Assembly: GCA_016432625.1 (NCBI GenBank)
Contig: CP066697.1
Coordinates: forward strand, 215,363-279,362
From: Candidatus Berkelbacteria bacterium
Lineage (GTDB): Bacteria > Patescibacteriota > UBA1384 > 2-12-FULL-50-11
Direction: 5' to 3'
DNA: 64,000 bases
Shown here: positions 1 to 9,584 of the stretch, in pieces
Layout: each line of letters begins with the position of its first letter
Position numbering within the stretch: the first letter of the stretch is position 1
Made by a program: the position numbers and the translations under genes
The notes under the pieces: model-generated
Told to the model about the DNA's origin: nothing
The model's database searches: none
What the model saw: only the letters and a program-made list of their open reading frames with translations

Positions 1-2
1 AA

Positions 3-722
3 GGATACGGTAACCAACTAAGGGCCTTGCGCAACCAGCCGCAATTTATTATCGGTACGCCAGGACGCCTTAAGGACCACTTCCAGAGTCGAGCCATGCG
101 TTTGGACAACGTTGCCAACTTAGTACTCGACGAAGCTGATCGAATGGTTGAGATGGGTTTCATTAAAGACGTTAGAACACTAATTGCGGCTCTTCCAAAA
201 GCTCGTCAATCACTTTTCTTTTCCGCCACAATAACTTCAGAAGTTCAGCGGCTTATTCAGGAGTTCACTAATAACCCGGAGTCAGTTTCGGTTAAGAAGC
301 GAGAAACCAGCCAAAACGTTGACCAGGACATAATTCACTTTACCGACCCGCTGCATCGTATGACGTTACTACACGATTTACTAACAAAAGAGGAATGCAC
401 GAAAGTACTGGTCTTTGGTCGTACTAAGCACGGTGTGGAGAAATTGAGTCAAGCGTTAGTTGAGCGCGGTTTCAGCGCTGTTTCAATTCACGGCAACAAG
501 AACCAAGCTCAACGACAACGAGCTCTTGATGAATTCAAGGGCAATAAGTTTCAAGTCCTTGTGGCAACTGACGTCGCTGCCCGTGGATTAGATATTCCAG
601 ATGTCTCGCATGTAATAAATTTTGATGCGCCTGAAAGCTACTCCGACTATATCCACCGCATCGGCCGAACCGGCCGAGCTGATAAGACGGGCAAGGCGTT
701 TACTTTCGTCGGACTAGTCTAA
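3..722 (+). CDS. DEAD-box RNA helicase, 5'-partial
   Basis: Motifs TPGR, LDEAD, FSAT, ATDVAARGLD, HRIGRTGR; frame stays open to the window edge. Confidence 0.95.
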   Translation, partial: GYGNQLRALRNQPQFIIGTPGRLKDHFQSRAMRLDNVANLVLDEADRMVEMGFIKDVRTLIAALPKARQSLFFSATITSEVQRLIQEFTNNPESVSVKKRETSQNVDQDIIHFTDPLHRMTLLHDLLTKEECTKVLVFGRTKHGVEKLSQALVERGFSAVSIHGNKNQAQRQRALDEFKGNKFQVLVATDVAARGLDIPDVSHVINFDAPESYSDYIHRIGRTGRADKTGKAFTFVGLV

Positions 723-2539
723 TGAGCATCCGTAACGTCGCTATTATCGCTCACGTTGACCACGGCAAAACCACTCTTGTGGACGGCTTGCTTAAGCAGT
801 CTAAAGTTTTTCGCGACAACGAGGCGGTGATGCAGGAACACCTGATCATGGACTCCAACGATCAGGAGCGTGAACGCGGGATTACGATTATGGCTAAAAA
901 CACGGCTGTTACTTATAACGGCGTAAAGATTAATATAATCGACACTCCAGGACACGCCGATTTCGGCGGTGAAGTTGAGCGTACGCTCAACATGACCGAT
1001 AGCGCGCTGCTTATTATTGATGCTAAAGAAGGGCCAATGCCGCAGACTAAGTTCGTTTTGAAAAAAGCCTTAGAACTTGGCCTACGGCCGATCGTTATTA
1101 TTAACAAAATAGACAAGCCAGATTCTCAAATTGAGAAAGTAATCCGTGAAACTTCCGATTTATTTTTAGATTTAGCAACTGACGAATCTCAGCTCGAATT
1201 TCCGATTTTTTACGCGATTGGCCGCGAGGGCAAGGCGTGGTCCTACCAGCCTTCCACTAAAGAAGCCAACGAGGATGCCGATTTGACACCGATTTTTGAC
1301 GCCATTATTAATCACGCCCCCGCACCAAAAAAGGCTAACGCCGAGCCATTTCAAATGCTAGTTTCATCGCTCGACTGGGATCGTTTTCATGGTAAATACG
1401 CGATCGGTAAAGTCAGTTGCGGTGTCGCACGGCCTGGGCTAAGCGTAAGCATTGGGGCCGAGGGCGATTGGCGCGAAACCGTTAAAATTGACCAAGTGTT
1501 CGTTAGTCATGGCTTGAAACGACTTAAAGTTGATCAGGCCGAATCTGGCGAAATTGTTGCCCTAACGGGCTTAAATAATTGCCGCATTGGCGATACGATT
1601 GCCGATGCCGCCTCGCCAGTCGCGCTACCAAGTATGACTATCGCCGAACCGACGTTGAAAATGTCAGTTTCCGCCAATACCTCACCATTCGTTGGCAAAG
1701 AAGGCACGCAGCTCACTAGTCAGAAAATCTATGAGCGAATTATCAAAGAGCTCGAGGTCAATGTTTCTCTAAAAATGGAACCAGGTGAGAATAATGAATA
1801 TATTCTATCGGGCCGAGGCGAGCTTCATCTCTCAGTATTCATCGAGACACTTCGTCGCGAAGGCTTTGAATTACAAATCGGCAAGCCGCAAGTTATTACC
1901 AAAATTGTTGATGGGAAGGTTTATGAACCAATCGAAGAGCTAACCGTAGACGTTGCGAGTGAGTACGCTAGCGCCGTCACAGGTGAGGTTGGGCGGCGAA
2001 AGGGAATGCTGCTTAGCCAGAATGAGAATGAAGACCGGACAACCAGACTGATTTTTGAAATTCCAACCCGTGGCTTGCTTGGCTTGCGCAATGTCTTATT
2101 GACGCTCTCACGTGGCACGGCGGTGATGAACTCGCTATTTTTACACTCCGAGCCGATTGGCAGTGCCATTTCTAAAATGCGTAACGGCGTCCTGATCGCT
2201 TCGGAAGCTGGCACGGCGGTTTCTTACGGACTGAATAACGCTCAGCAACGCGGCACCACCTTCATCAATCCACAGACTCCGGTCTATGAGGGAATGATCA
2301 TCGGCCTAAACTCTCGCGAAACCGATCTGGAAATTAACGTCACCAAAGAAAAGAAGCAAACAAACGTTCGCTCAAGCGGCAACGACGACGCCATCACCTT
2401 GACCCCGCCAACGCTAATGAGCCTCGAGCAGTGCATCGACTTTTTAGAAGATGACGAACTCTTGGAAGCAACGCCAAAATCGTTACGATTACGCAAGAAA
2501 ATCTTAAACGGCTCGTTGCGCGCAAAATCGAAGAAGTGA
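722..2539 (+). CDS. typA: Translational GTPase TypA/BipA
   Basis: [45 protein letters not shown], BipA C-terminus TPKSLRLRK. Confidence 0.97.
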   Translation: MSIRNVAIIAHVDHGKTTLVDGLLKQSKVFRDNEAVMQEHLIMDSNDQERERGITIMAKNTAVTYNGVKINIIDTPGHADFGGEVERTLNMTDSALLIIDAKEGPMPQTKFVLKKALELGLRPIVIINKIDKPDSQIEKVIRETSDLFLDLATDESQLEFPIFYAIGREGKAWSYQPSTKEANEDADLTPIFDAIINHAPAPKKANAEPFQMLVSSLDWDRFHGKYAIGKVSCGVARPGLSVSIGAEGDWRETVKIDQVFVSHGLKRLKVDQAESGEIVALTGLNNCRIGDTIADAASPVALPSMTIAEPTLKMSVSANTSPFVGKEGTQLTSQKIYERIIKELEVNVSLKMEPGENNEYILSGRGELHLSVFIETLRREGFELQIGKPQVITKIVDGKVYEPIEELTVDVASEYASAVTGEVGRRKGMLLSQNENEDRTTRLIFEIPTRGLLGLRNVLLTLSRGTAVMNSLFLHSEPIGSAISKMRNGVLIASEAGTAVSYGLNNAQQRGTTFINPQTPVYEGMIIGLNSRETDLEINVTKEKKQTNVRSSGNDDAITLTPPTLMSLEQCIDFLEDDELLEATPKSLRLRKKILNGSLRAKSKK

Positions 2540-2571
2540 TTCTCTCTGGGTGGCACCGTCAGAGCTTTGTG

Positions 2572-4803
2572 TTAAATTTTAGCCCGTTTGAGCAACAGCG
2601 AGTTTAAAACTACCGAAATTGAGCTAGCGGCCATAGCCGCGGACGCAAAGATTGGGCTTAGCAAAATTCCCCAAATCGGGAATAAGACGCCGGCCGCAAC
2701 CGGAATAAGCAGGATATTATAGCCGAATGCCCAGACCAGATTCATCCTGATTGTCCCCATAGTCTTGCGGCTTAGGCGAATTGCGGCCGCGATACTACGT
2801 AGGTCCTTATTAATGAGCGTGATGTCGGCCGCTTCAATAGCAACATCGGTCCCTGAGCCCATGGCGATGCCGTTGTCGGCAGCAGCTAGGGCTGGTGCGT
2901 CGTTGATGCCGTCGCCGACCATGGCGACATGCAAGCCTTTTTGTTGTAGTTTGCGTACCTCGAGCTCTTTGTCTTGCGGCAATACTTCCGCTAAAACATT
3001 TTGCGCTTCAACGCCAGCCTCTCGGCCTATTGCCTCAGCAACCCGTCGGTTGTCCCCGGTAATCATGTAAACTTGCAGTCCTAGCTCCCGCAGCTCTTTA
3101 ATGGCGGCTGGTGAGGTTGGTCGAAGAGTATCGGCAACAGCCACAATTCCAGCTGCTTGAGAGTCGATGCCAACTAACATAGCGGTTTTGCCTTCATTCT
3201 CGAGTTGTTCCAAGGCCGTTTCTTGATCATTAGTCAGAGCTACTTTTTCTTGCGCGAAAAGTTTACGGTTGCCGACAACTACGGTCTTTTTCCCAACTTT
3301 GCCGCGAACGCCATGGCCAGAGATTGCCTCAAAATCGCTCACCTTTTCCAATAAAAGGTTTTTATCTTTAGCCGCTTTGACGATGGCCGTTGCTAAAGAG
3401 TGTTCAGACAACGCTTCAACGGCAGCTGTGAGAGCAAGCAGCTCATTCTCCTCACGATTCCACGCCACCACCTCCGTCAGGATTGGTTCACCATTGGTGA
3501 GTGTCCCGGTCTTATCAAAAACGATAGCGGTGACTTTATGGGCGGTCTCCAACGCCTCGGCGTTTTTAATAAGAATGCCGCGCTCGGCACCCCGACCAGT
3601 ACCGACCATGATAGCCGTCGGCGTTGCTAGCCCCATGGCGCACGGACAGGCGATAATTAACACCGTAACCATGCTGAGTAAGGCGTAAGTCATTGCCGGG
3701 TCGGGACCAACAACATACCAAACCACAAAAGTTGCGATCGCTACCATAATTACTATCGGCACGAAGTAGGAGGAGATGGTATCAACCAACCGCTGGATCG
3801 GTGCCTTTGAGCCCTGAGCTTCTTCAACAAGTTTGATGATCTGTGCCAGCATTGTTTCGCTCCCAACTTTCTCGGCTACGAAAGTAAAGCTGCCAGTTTT
3901 ATTGATTGTGGCGCCAATCACAGTGTCTCCGGCTTTTTTTGTCGCTGGTATGGATTCCCCGGTTACCATCGATTCGTCGATGCTTGAGGTGCCTTCTATT
4001 ATTTTTCCGTCAACGGGCACCTTTTCGCCAGGGCGAACGATAATTTTGTCACCATGGACAACCTGGTCGATCGGTAGGTCGATTCCCTTGCCGTCGCGAA
4101 TCACCCGGGCAGTTTTAGCTTGCAGGTTCATTAGTTTTTTTATCGCCTGGCTAGTTCGTTTCTTGGCGACAGCTTCTAGATAGCGTCCAAGCAAGATGAG
4201 CGTAATAACGATGACCGAGACGTCGAAATACGGCGCGATTTCCACCCCCAGCAACGACAAAGCGCCCGGGAAGAAAGTGATAAACGCAGAATAAATATAG
4301 GCGACAGTGGTTCCAAGCGCGATCAAAGTATCCATGTTGGCGCTACGGTGGACTAAGGCGGTTATAGTGCTCTTATAAAACTGCCATCCGGCCCAAAACT
4401 GAATTGGGGTAGCTAGTAATAGTTGAAAGTAAAAGTTTTTAACAATCTCCGGAGCAGTTTCCATCACCCCGGGTACGCTTCCCCACATAACGACTAATCC
4501 AACTAAAAATCCGGCAATGATTTTTGGCTTCAAAATTTTAAGTTCACGCTCCCGCATCATTTCCTGGTGGTCGTGCTGCTCGCTGCCGGCAGGGACTGCC
4601 TTATAGCCGACCCTATTTACCGCAGCTTCTAAGTCGTGACGCGTTGCATGTTTGTGATCGTAAGCAACGGTTGCTTTCCCCGTCACTAAGTTAACATTAG
4701 CTTCGTGGACGCCCGGAACCTTAGTGAGGGAGCGCTCGATTGTCCGGACGCAGCTAGCGCAGTGCATTCCCTCGATGTTGATGGTTTCTTTTTGATGGTT
4801 CAT
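2572..4803 (-). CDS. copA: Copper-translocating P1B-type ATPase
   Basis: GMHCASC HMA domain, [26 protein letters not shown] and MAASS motifs. Confidence 0.95.
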   Translation of the reverse strand: MNHQKETINIEGMHCASCVRTIERSLTKVPGVHEANVNLVTGKATVAYDHKHATRHDLEAAVNRVGYKAVPAGSEQHDHQEMMRERELKILKPKIIAGFLVGLVVMWGSVPGVMETAPEIVKNFYFQLLLATPIQFWAGWQFYKSTITALVHRSANMDTLIALGTTVAYIYSAFITFFPGALSLLGVEIAPYFDVSVIVITLILLGRYLEAVAKKRTSQAIKKLMNLQAKTARVIRDGKGIDLPIDQVVHGDKIIVRPGEKVPVDGKIIEGTSSIDESMVTGESIPATKKAGDTVIGATINKTGSFTFVAEKVGSETMLAQIIKLVEEAQGSKAPIQRLVDTISSYFVPIVIMVAIATFVVWYVVGPDPAMTYALLSMVTVLIIACPCAMGLATPTAIMVGTGRGAERGILIKNAEALETAHKVTAIVFDKTGTLTNGEPILTEVVAWNREENELLALTAAVEALSEHSLATAIVKAAKDKNLLLEKVSDFEAISGHGVRGKVGKKTVVVGNRKLFAQEKVALTNDQETALEQLENEGKTAMLVGIDSQAAGIVAVADTLRPTSPAAIKELRELGLQVYMITGDNRRVAEAIGREAGVEAQNVLAEVLPQDKELEVRKLQQKGLHVAMVGDGINDAPALAAADNGIAMGSGTDVAIEAADITLINKDLRSIAAAIRLSRKTMGTIRMNLVWAFGYNILLIPVAAGVLFPIWGILLSPIFASAAMAASSISVVLNSLLLKRAKI

Positions 4804-4916
4804 CAGTGGTGATGCTCCTCATTTTTACTGCGATCGGCTTTGCCTAAGAAAAACCAATAAGTCAGGATTATTAGGATAATTCCGGCTACGATGACGATAA
4901 GTTTGTCGCTAGTCAT
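4803..4916 (-). CDS. 37-aa membrane peptide [37 protein letters not shown] (not in ORF track)
   Basis: Fills the gap between the HMA gene and copA; its TGA overlaps the copA ATG; one TM helix ending YWFF and a His tail. Confidence 0.75.
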   Translation of the reverse strand: MTSDKLIVIVAGIILIILTYWFFLGKADRSKNEEHHH

Positions 4917-5148
4917 GACTTACCTCGGCTTTGTAACCGCTCGTTTCTTCTATCGCTTTGATTACGTCTTCGACGCCCAATTTATTCTCGTCGAATACAA
5001 TTTCGGCGGACTTTTTACCTAAGTTAACCTCAACGCTGTTAATTGCGTCGTAATCCTCCTCCAAAGTTTCTAGCAGCATAACGCAGCTGGCACAGTGGAC
5101 ATCTGGTATATAGAATCTTTGTTTTGTCATCGTTGCCTCCTCATTCAA
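4909..5148 (-). CDS. CopZ-like heavy-metal-associated chaperone
   Basis: DVHCASC motif, about 75 aa, in copA operon; start may be 5130. Confidence 0.85.
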   Translation of the reverse strand: MNEEATMTKQRFYIPDVHCASCVMLLETLEEDYDAINSVEVNLGKKSAEIVFDENKLGVEDVIKAIEETSGYKAEVSHD

Positions 5149-6298
5149 ACAATATTTGTCCGGTGTACATACCCATTGAGCAGCTGAAACGCAGCCGACC
5201 CTTATCTTGGGCGGGGATATTTATTGTCTCACGGCCAGTTTCCGGTAGAACCTTTTGGATCTTCAAGCTTGGAATTACAAAGGCCCTGCTACAACTGAAG
5301 GTGTCTTTGGTCACTAACGTCAGCCTTGTCGGTACGCCTGCTTTGGCTTTCAAGATGTTTGGCTCGTAACCATCTTCCTGAACGCTAATTGTTAACTTCT
5401 GTTCACTCTGGGCTGCGTCATTCACTTGCTCATTAGCTTTAGTTTGTTGGGCAATTTCGGTTGAGCCAATTGTATCGACCGGCGTATCGAGCCACTGTTT
5501 ATAGGCGGCATACGAGACTGGTGAGCCAACGAGATTAAGACCACTTTCAAGCGAATAGAGGCTGAAGATCAACACCAACACCGCTACTATTCTTACGAAG
5601 TATTTATTCAGGCTTTCGCCAAGACGAGTCGTGAAATAGGCAAGGATAAAGAACAGGGGAGAAGCGCCGAGCGTAAACGAGAATAGTATCAACGCTCCTG
5701 CAACGGGGCTACCCGTACCGAGCGCTAAGGCCATCATCGCCTGAGTAATACCGCACGGGATTAGTACCGTCAGAGCACCTAAAAAGATTGGTGTAGCGTA
5801 ATCTTCTTTGGCATTTTTACTAAAACGGCGGATAAAGCGGCGAATAAACTTTGGTGGTTGAATCTGGAAATAATTAAAGAACGGATGAACATTTAACAGC
5901 CGCAAGGCTGTTCCAAGCATAAAAATAGTAATAGCGAGCATTAGAACTCCGCGCATAACGGGCGTCAGTTGAAGCATTGTGCCGAGCCACCCTAAGCCAA
6001 GCCCTAATAATGTATAAGCAACAATTTTAGCGGCTAAGAATAGAACGATCGATAGAGTGATATCGCTGCGAAAACTTCTTGGCGCTCGCGGCTGTTCCTG
6101 ATGATGCTCGTAGAAGTTAATTAAGTCGTGTTTTGACATATGGGCCGGGTCAACTCGGTTCTCTTTAGGCTTATTTGGCTTAAACTCATCTTCGGCTTGT
6201 TTAGCGATCACATTAGCCAATAGCCCACCTTGAACGGCTAAACAACTAAGGCCGCCTGTAGTAAGGCCAGTCAAAAATATCACCCACAAATTTGGCAT
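5141..6298 (-). CDS. DsbD_2/TauE-like membrane protein with C-terminal cupredoxin domain
   Basis: GGLSC and LIPCG membrane Cys motifs; C-terminal GYEPN...SCS...FSCSMGMYTG cupredoxin signature. Confidence 0.85.
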   Translation of the reverse strand: MPNLWVIFLTGLTTGGLSCLAVQGGLLANVIAKQAEDEFKPNKPKENRVDPAHMSKHDLINFYEHHQEQPRAPRSFRSDITLSIVLFLAAKIVAYTLLGLGLGWLGTMLQLTPVMRGVLMLAITIFMLGTALRLLNVHPFFNYFQIQPPKFIRRFIRRFSKNAKEDYATPIFLGALTVLIPCGITQAMMALALGTGSPVAGALILFSFTLGASPLFFILAYFTTRLGESLNKYFVRIVAVLVLIFSLYSLESGLNLVGSPVSYAAYKQWLDTPVDTIGSTEIAQQTKANEQVNDAAQSEQKLTISVQEDGYEPNILKAKAGVPTRLTLVTKDTFSCSRAFVIPSLKIQKVLPETGRETINIPAQDKGRLRFSCSMGMYTGQILFE

Positions 6299-6624
6299 TA
6301 TTTACTCACCCCTAATTCGTTCAGGAGGCTCTTGGTGAACTCGTTACTTTGCATGGTGTAGTAAACAGTTTGAGCATCCTTACTGGAACTTAGAATGTCT
6401 GCTTTCTTTAGCTTCTTTAACTGCCGGGATGCGGCTGAAATAGAAATACTGACGAGCTCTGCAATTTGGCCGACGGACAATTCCGGATAGTGTCGAAAGA
6501 GATAGCAAATCTTCATAGCCGTGGGGTCGCCAATAGTCCCGTGACGCCGCGCACACGCCTTAACGGCTTCACTGTCGGTAATCTCCCTCTTGATGTTGGC
6601 CAAGTTCTTACTGGCACGCATCAT
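6298..6624 (-). CDS. ArsR/SmtB-family metal-sensing repressor
   Basis: GDPT..KI..L, SVGQIAE, ISAASRQLKKL, VYY winged-HTH pattern; heads the copA operon. Confidence 0.85.
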   Translation of the reverse strand: MMRASKNLANIKREITDSEAVKACARRHGTIGDPTAMKICYLFRHYPELSVGQIAELVSISISAASRQLKKLKKADILSSSKDAQTVYYTMQSNEFTKSLLNELGVSK

Positions 6625-6652
6625 GAATTGATTCTAATTAATGAGTAAGCAT

Positions 6653-6702
6653 GTATTTGCATGTATACGCAAATACTAACCTTGCCTGTAATTGCGTGTC
6701 AA
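6653..6702 (-). promoter_or_regulatory. Sigma70 promoter (TTGACA-N18-TAGTAT) with operator palindrome GTATTTGC-N8-GCAAATAC
   Basis: Inverted repeat arms 6653-6660 and 6669-6676 overlap the -10 box; -35 at 6697-6702; typical ArsR autoregulatory layout. Confidence 0.7.
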
Positions 6703-6769
6703 GGAAACTACGTTACTGCCAGGAATTGACTTTGACTATGGTTCTTGATTAAATACGCCAATCGGAGGT

Positions 6770-7297
6770 GTGCGCTTGCAGCACTTTAAGAACATCGGGG
6801 CAGGACTGCTGATTTTAGCCGTCTTCTTCGCCCTTATCGTCGTCATGAAGCCGGCGGCGCGGGCAAAACGTCCGAACAACTCCTCGGGAGAGCCGGAGCT
6901 ACTCGTTCTCGACACCAAGGAAACGCCGGAGGTGAGCTACCTACCAACGGGCACGATCGAAGTTCGTTTCGACAAGCCGTTGACGATCAGTTCGGATTTC
7001 CTGGTGGGAATTGGCCAAACGAAGTCAGTTCGGGACATGGAGCTTAACAAGTCGACCGTAACGGTTCACGCCGAAGGGTCGAGTGTGAAGCTCAAGCAAA
7101 AGGGTGCCTACTTCGTTATGATCTTCACTCGCAACCTTGAAGGCAAACCCGACACCGGGACTGCTGTCCGTGTAATGATCATCATCGGCCCTTGGCCTCA
7201 CCCGGTTAACCGCAAGTTACTTCGCCCTGTTCCTGATTGGATCCGTCTCAGCAAAGCCCCACATCGGGGCTTTTCTTTTGGAGGTGGTTTGTTCTGA
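6770..7297 (+). CDS. Hypothetical exported protein
   Basis: N-terminal hydrophobic segment; GGAGG next to the GTG start; no family recognised. Confidence 0.55.
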   Translation: MRLQHFKNIGAGLLILAVFFALIVVMKPAARAKRPNNSSGEPELLVLDTKETPEVSYLPTGTIEVRFDKPLTISSDFLVGIGQTKSVRDMELNKSTVTVHAEGSSVKLKQKGAYFVMIFTRNLEGKPDTGTAVRVMIIIGPWPHPVNRKLLRPVPDWIRLSKAPHRGFSFGGGLF

Positions 7298-7318
7298 GCT
7301 TGTCGAAGAGCGGCGAAC

Positions 7319-7882
7319 TTACTTCCAGACTAATATCGCTCTCCCTGTATAGCAGTCGTTGAACTTATCGTACGGGACTAAACCAGCTTTCCAATTCTGC
7401 TCAGCAACTTTAGAAGTGTGGTTAACGTAAAATCCTTCATCGTCGTATCCAACCACTACTGCTAAATGGCCACCGAACCTTTTCCAGAAAAGTATTTTTT
7501 CTATTAACAACTTGTTGTTCTTGAACGCCCACTTGATTGAAACGATTGGAAGCTTCTTTTCTTCAAGCGCTTTTTGCAATTCTTTAGTTGAAAGTGTTTT
7601 TCGCTCAGCGTGGAGACCCAATTTTTCAACCAGGCGAACTAAGCCCTCATGTTTCCATCCGTACTCCTCTGAGTAGCCGCCGAGTTCTTGGCCTTGTTTT
7701 ATTAGGCTCGACGTAGAATATTTTGTTTCGTTAAGAAACGAAGCAATCTCATTTACACAAAGGATCCCGCAGCACGAACGCTCCCAGTATTCCGCATCAT
7801 CTCGCGAACTAAATCCTAGCTTTTTCCATTCGTCCAAATTCCAATTTTGTGAATAAAGCGGAATTTCGTACAGAACTTTCAT
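7319..7882 (-). CDS. Peptidase C39-like protein
   Basis: PLYSQ...SCCGILC...GHLAVVVGYD...VNH Cys/His pattern. Confidence 0.75.
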   Translation of the reverse strand: MKVLYEIPLYSQNWNLDEWKKLGFSSRDDAEYWERSCCGILCVNEIASFLNETKYSTSSLIKQGQELGGYSEEYGWKHEGLVRLVEKLGLHAERKTLSTKELQKALEEKKLPIVSIKWAFKNNKLLIEKILFWKRFGGHLAVVVGYDDEGFYVNHTSKVAEQNWKAGLVPYDKFNDCYTGRAILVWK

Positions 7883-7889
7883 TTTTTTG

Positions 7890-7961
7890 GGTGGCTAACG
7901 GGAATTGAACCCATATCAAGGGGACCACAACCCCACGTGTTACCATTACACCATAGCCACC
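7890..7961 (-). tRNA. tRNA-His(GTG) with encoded G-1
   Basis: GGTGGCTATGGTGTAATGG...TTGTGGT...GTTCAATTCCCGTTAGCCACC cloverleaf. Confidence 0.95.
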
Positions 7962-8010
7962 ATGCTTTTAAGCTGGTGGTTATGCCCGAACGGGATATAG
8001 CCACCATGCT
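7953..8010 (-). repeat. 44-bp hairpin unit duplicating the tRNA-His 5' end and leader
   Basis: atagccaccatgct at 7953-7966 and 7997-8010; antisense arm ggtggttat 7975-7983. Confidence 0.8.
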
Positions 8011-8029
8011 GCGTTATTATATAACGCCG

Positions 8030-8102
8030 CGCGCCCGGAGGGATTCGAACCCCCGACCCTCTGGTCCGAAGCCAGATACTCTATCCACTGAGCTACGGGC
8101 GC
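8030..8102 (-). tRNA. tRNA-Arg(TCG)
   Basis: GCGCCCGTAGCTCAGTGGATAGAG...CTTCGGA...GTTCGAATCCCTCCGGGCGCG. Confidence 0.95.
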
Positions 8103-8129
8103 AAATCAACGAGCACAAACAAATGTACA

Positions 8130-8182
8130 GCGGCCGGAGCTAAGTGGAACGACACTCGGAGTATCCACTGAGCTACGGGCGC
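8130..8182 (-). repeat. Hairpin containing an exact 21-nt copy of the tRNA-Arg(TCG) 5' end
   Basis: tatccactgagctacgggcgc at 8082-8102 and 8162-8182; degenerate inverted arm gcggccggagctaagtggaa. Confidence 0.85.
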
Positions 8183-8282
8183 TTGTCGTCCAATTTTCCC
8201 ATAAATTGCCCTACTAATCTAGGAGATTAGGCCAAGTATCTAGATTTCGACTGCGAGCGATTGCGAGAAGTGAATTTCGTTT

Positions 8283-8705
8283 TTAGAATTCAATTTTTTG
8301 TTTTTTCCAGCCGAATAGCGGCTCGTAGATGATGTCGATGAATTTCGGTGAAAGTTTGTACCATTTGTGATTATCATCAATGTGATCGTCAGGTAAGTGG
8401 TATTTTGCTAGATAATTCTTAGCTAGTTGTTCGTCTTGATTGACTACCGTGACTGTCCCGGCAATCTGTAAGCCAGCTGCTTTGTGATCGGGCGTATCAA
8501 CCATGATTGCCGCTGCCGCTTGCGGCGCTAGGTCAACGGCCCTCGAGTGTCGTACTACCGGCATTGAGAGCCAATAGATATTCATCGCCTCGTCATGAAT
8601 GTAAATGAGCGGGCTGACCCAAACGCCACCGTCGTCGTTTGTGCCGAGATGGATCAAGCGGCCTTGTTCTAATAATTGCTGAGCTAGCTTCTTTAAATCT
8701 TCCAT
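8283..8705 (-). CDS. Pyridoxamine 5'-phosphate oxidase-like FMN-binding protein
   Basis: LGT...WVSPLIY...IYWLS...RHS...GLQIAG split-barrel pattern. Confidence 0.75.
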   Translation of the reverse strand: MEDLKKLAQQLLEQGRLIHLGTNDDGGVWVSPLIYIHDEAMNIYWLSMPVVRHSRAVDLAPQAAAAIMVDTPDHKAAGLQIAGTVTVVNQDEQLAKNYLAKYHLPDDHIDDNHKWYKLSPKFIDIIYEPLFGWKKQKIEF

Positions 8706-8766
8706 AGATTCAATAATACTCCCACGCCTGGAGGGCGGGAAGTATCCAGAGTAGAATTACGTCGTT

Positions 8767-8843
8767 GCCCTCGTAGCTCAGTGGATTAGAGCGTTGGTTT
8801 CCGGTACCAAAGGCCACAGGTTCAAGTCCTGTCGAGGGCGCCA
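8767..8843 (+). tRNA. tRNA-Arg(CCG)
   Basis: GCCCTCGTAGCTCAGTGGATTAGAGC...TTCCGGT...GTTCAAGTCC...GAGGGCGCCA, CCA encoded. Confidence 0.95.
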
Positions 8844-8880
8844 GTAGGGGGCGATACCACTTTAATTTTTCGCACAGCTA

Positions 8881-9582
8881 CTAGTGATTATGGTGTGGGC
8901 AGAATTTAGCGTGATCGCCGATCGCTTCGTTAGTTAGTTTACCGTCCTCGATTGTTACTACCCTGGTGGCGATATCCCGAAGGCGTTGGTCGTGGCTGAC
9001 GATCACGACCGACTTATGTTCCTGACAGGCTATTTCACACAGTAATAACATAACTGAATGGCCATTTTTCGAGTCGAGGTTAGCGGTCGGCTCATCGGCA
9101 AGAATGATTGGCGGATTGTTTATTAGCGATCGAGCGACGGCGACTCGTTGGCGTTCGCCACCCGAGAGTTCTTTAGGCTTGGCGTGAAGACGATTTTGCA
9201 AGCCCAGCCTGTTCAATAACTCTAAGGCGCGCTTGGTGTTGCGGTTTTTGCCAAACCCGGCAATGACGACGTTTTCAAAGGCGGTTAGATTGTCGAGTAA
9301 GTTAAAAGACTGAAAAATAAAGCCGATCTTTCCTCTGCGCAACATCGTCAGTTGTCCTTGGCTTAACTTTGAGATTGGTTGATCGGCAATAAATATCTCA
9401 CCGGCTGAGGGACTAAGTAGCCCGCCCAACATCGTCAGCAGCGTTGTCTTACCGCTGCCTGACGGCCCGATAATCAAGACAATTTCACCCGGTTCGATAC
9501 TAATACTAACGCTCTCGACGGCTTTCACCTCGGTGTGTTGCCGGGGATTAAACGTTTTAGATAATTCGGTGGCTTTGATCAT
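8881..9582 (-). CDS. ABC transporter ATP-binding protein (LolD/MacB type)
   Basis: GPSGSGKT, IGFIFQSFNL, LSGGERQR, ADEPTANLD. Confidence 0.92.
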   Translation of the reverse strand: MIKATELSKTFNPRQHTEVKAVESVSISIEPGEIVLIIGPSGSGKTTLLTMLGGLLSPSAGEIFIADQPISKLSQGQLTMLRRGKIGFIFQSFNLLDNLTAFENVVIAGFGKNRNTKRALELLNRLGLQNRLHAKPKELSGGERQRVAVARSLINNPPIILADEPTANLDSKNGHSVMLLLCEIACQEHKSVVIVSHDQRLRDIATRVVTIEDGKLTNEAIGDHAKFCPHHNH

Positions 9583-9584
9583 CG

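Noticed and set aside
2765-4183. Long antisense ORFs opposite copA (and similar ones opposite uvrA, glyA, typA and the Clp ATPase)
   Set aside because: Codon-shadow ORFs of conserved genes, with no RBS or motifs.
7294-7308. ctgagcttgtcgaag, resembling a widespread REP-like palindrome arm
   Set aside because: Single copy with no partner arm seen in the window.
7937-8143. ORFs or N-terminal extensions running through tRNA genes (also 17647-17679, 32929-33036, 39998-40414, 58536-58718, 60644-60769)
   Set aside because: They translate tRNA sequence; better starts exist outside the tRNAs.
8240-8293. Possible sixth gene-end duplication (tagatttcga vs tagaattcaa, 44-bp period) at the 3' end of the PNPOx-like gene
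   Set aside because: Only 8/10 identity; suggestive but too weak to distinguish from chance.
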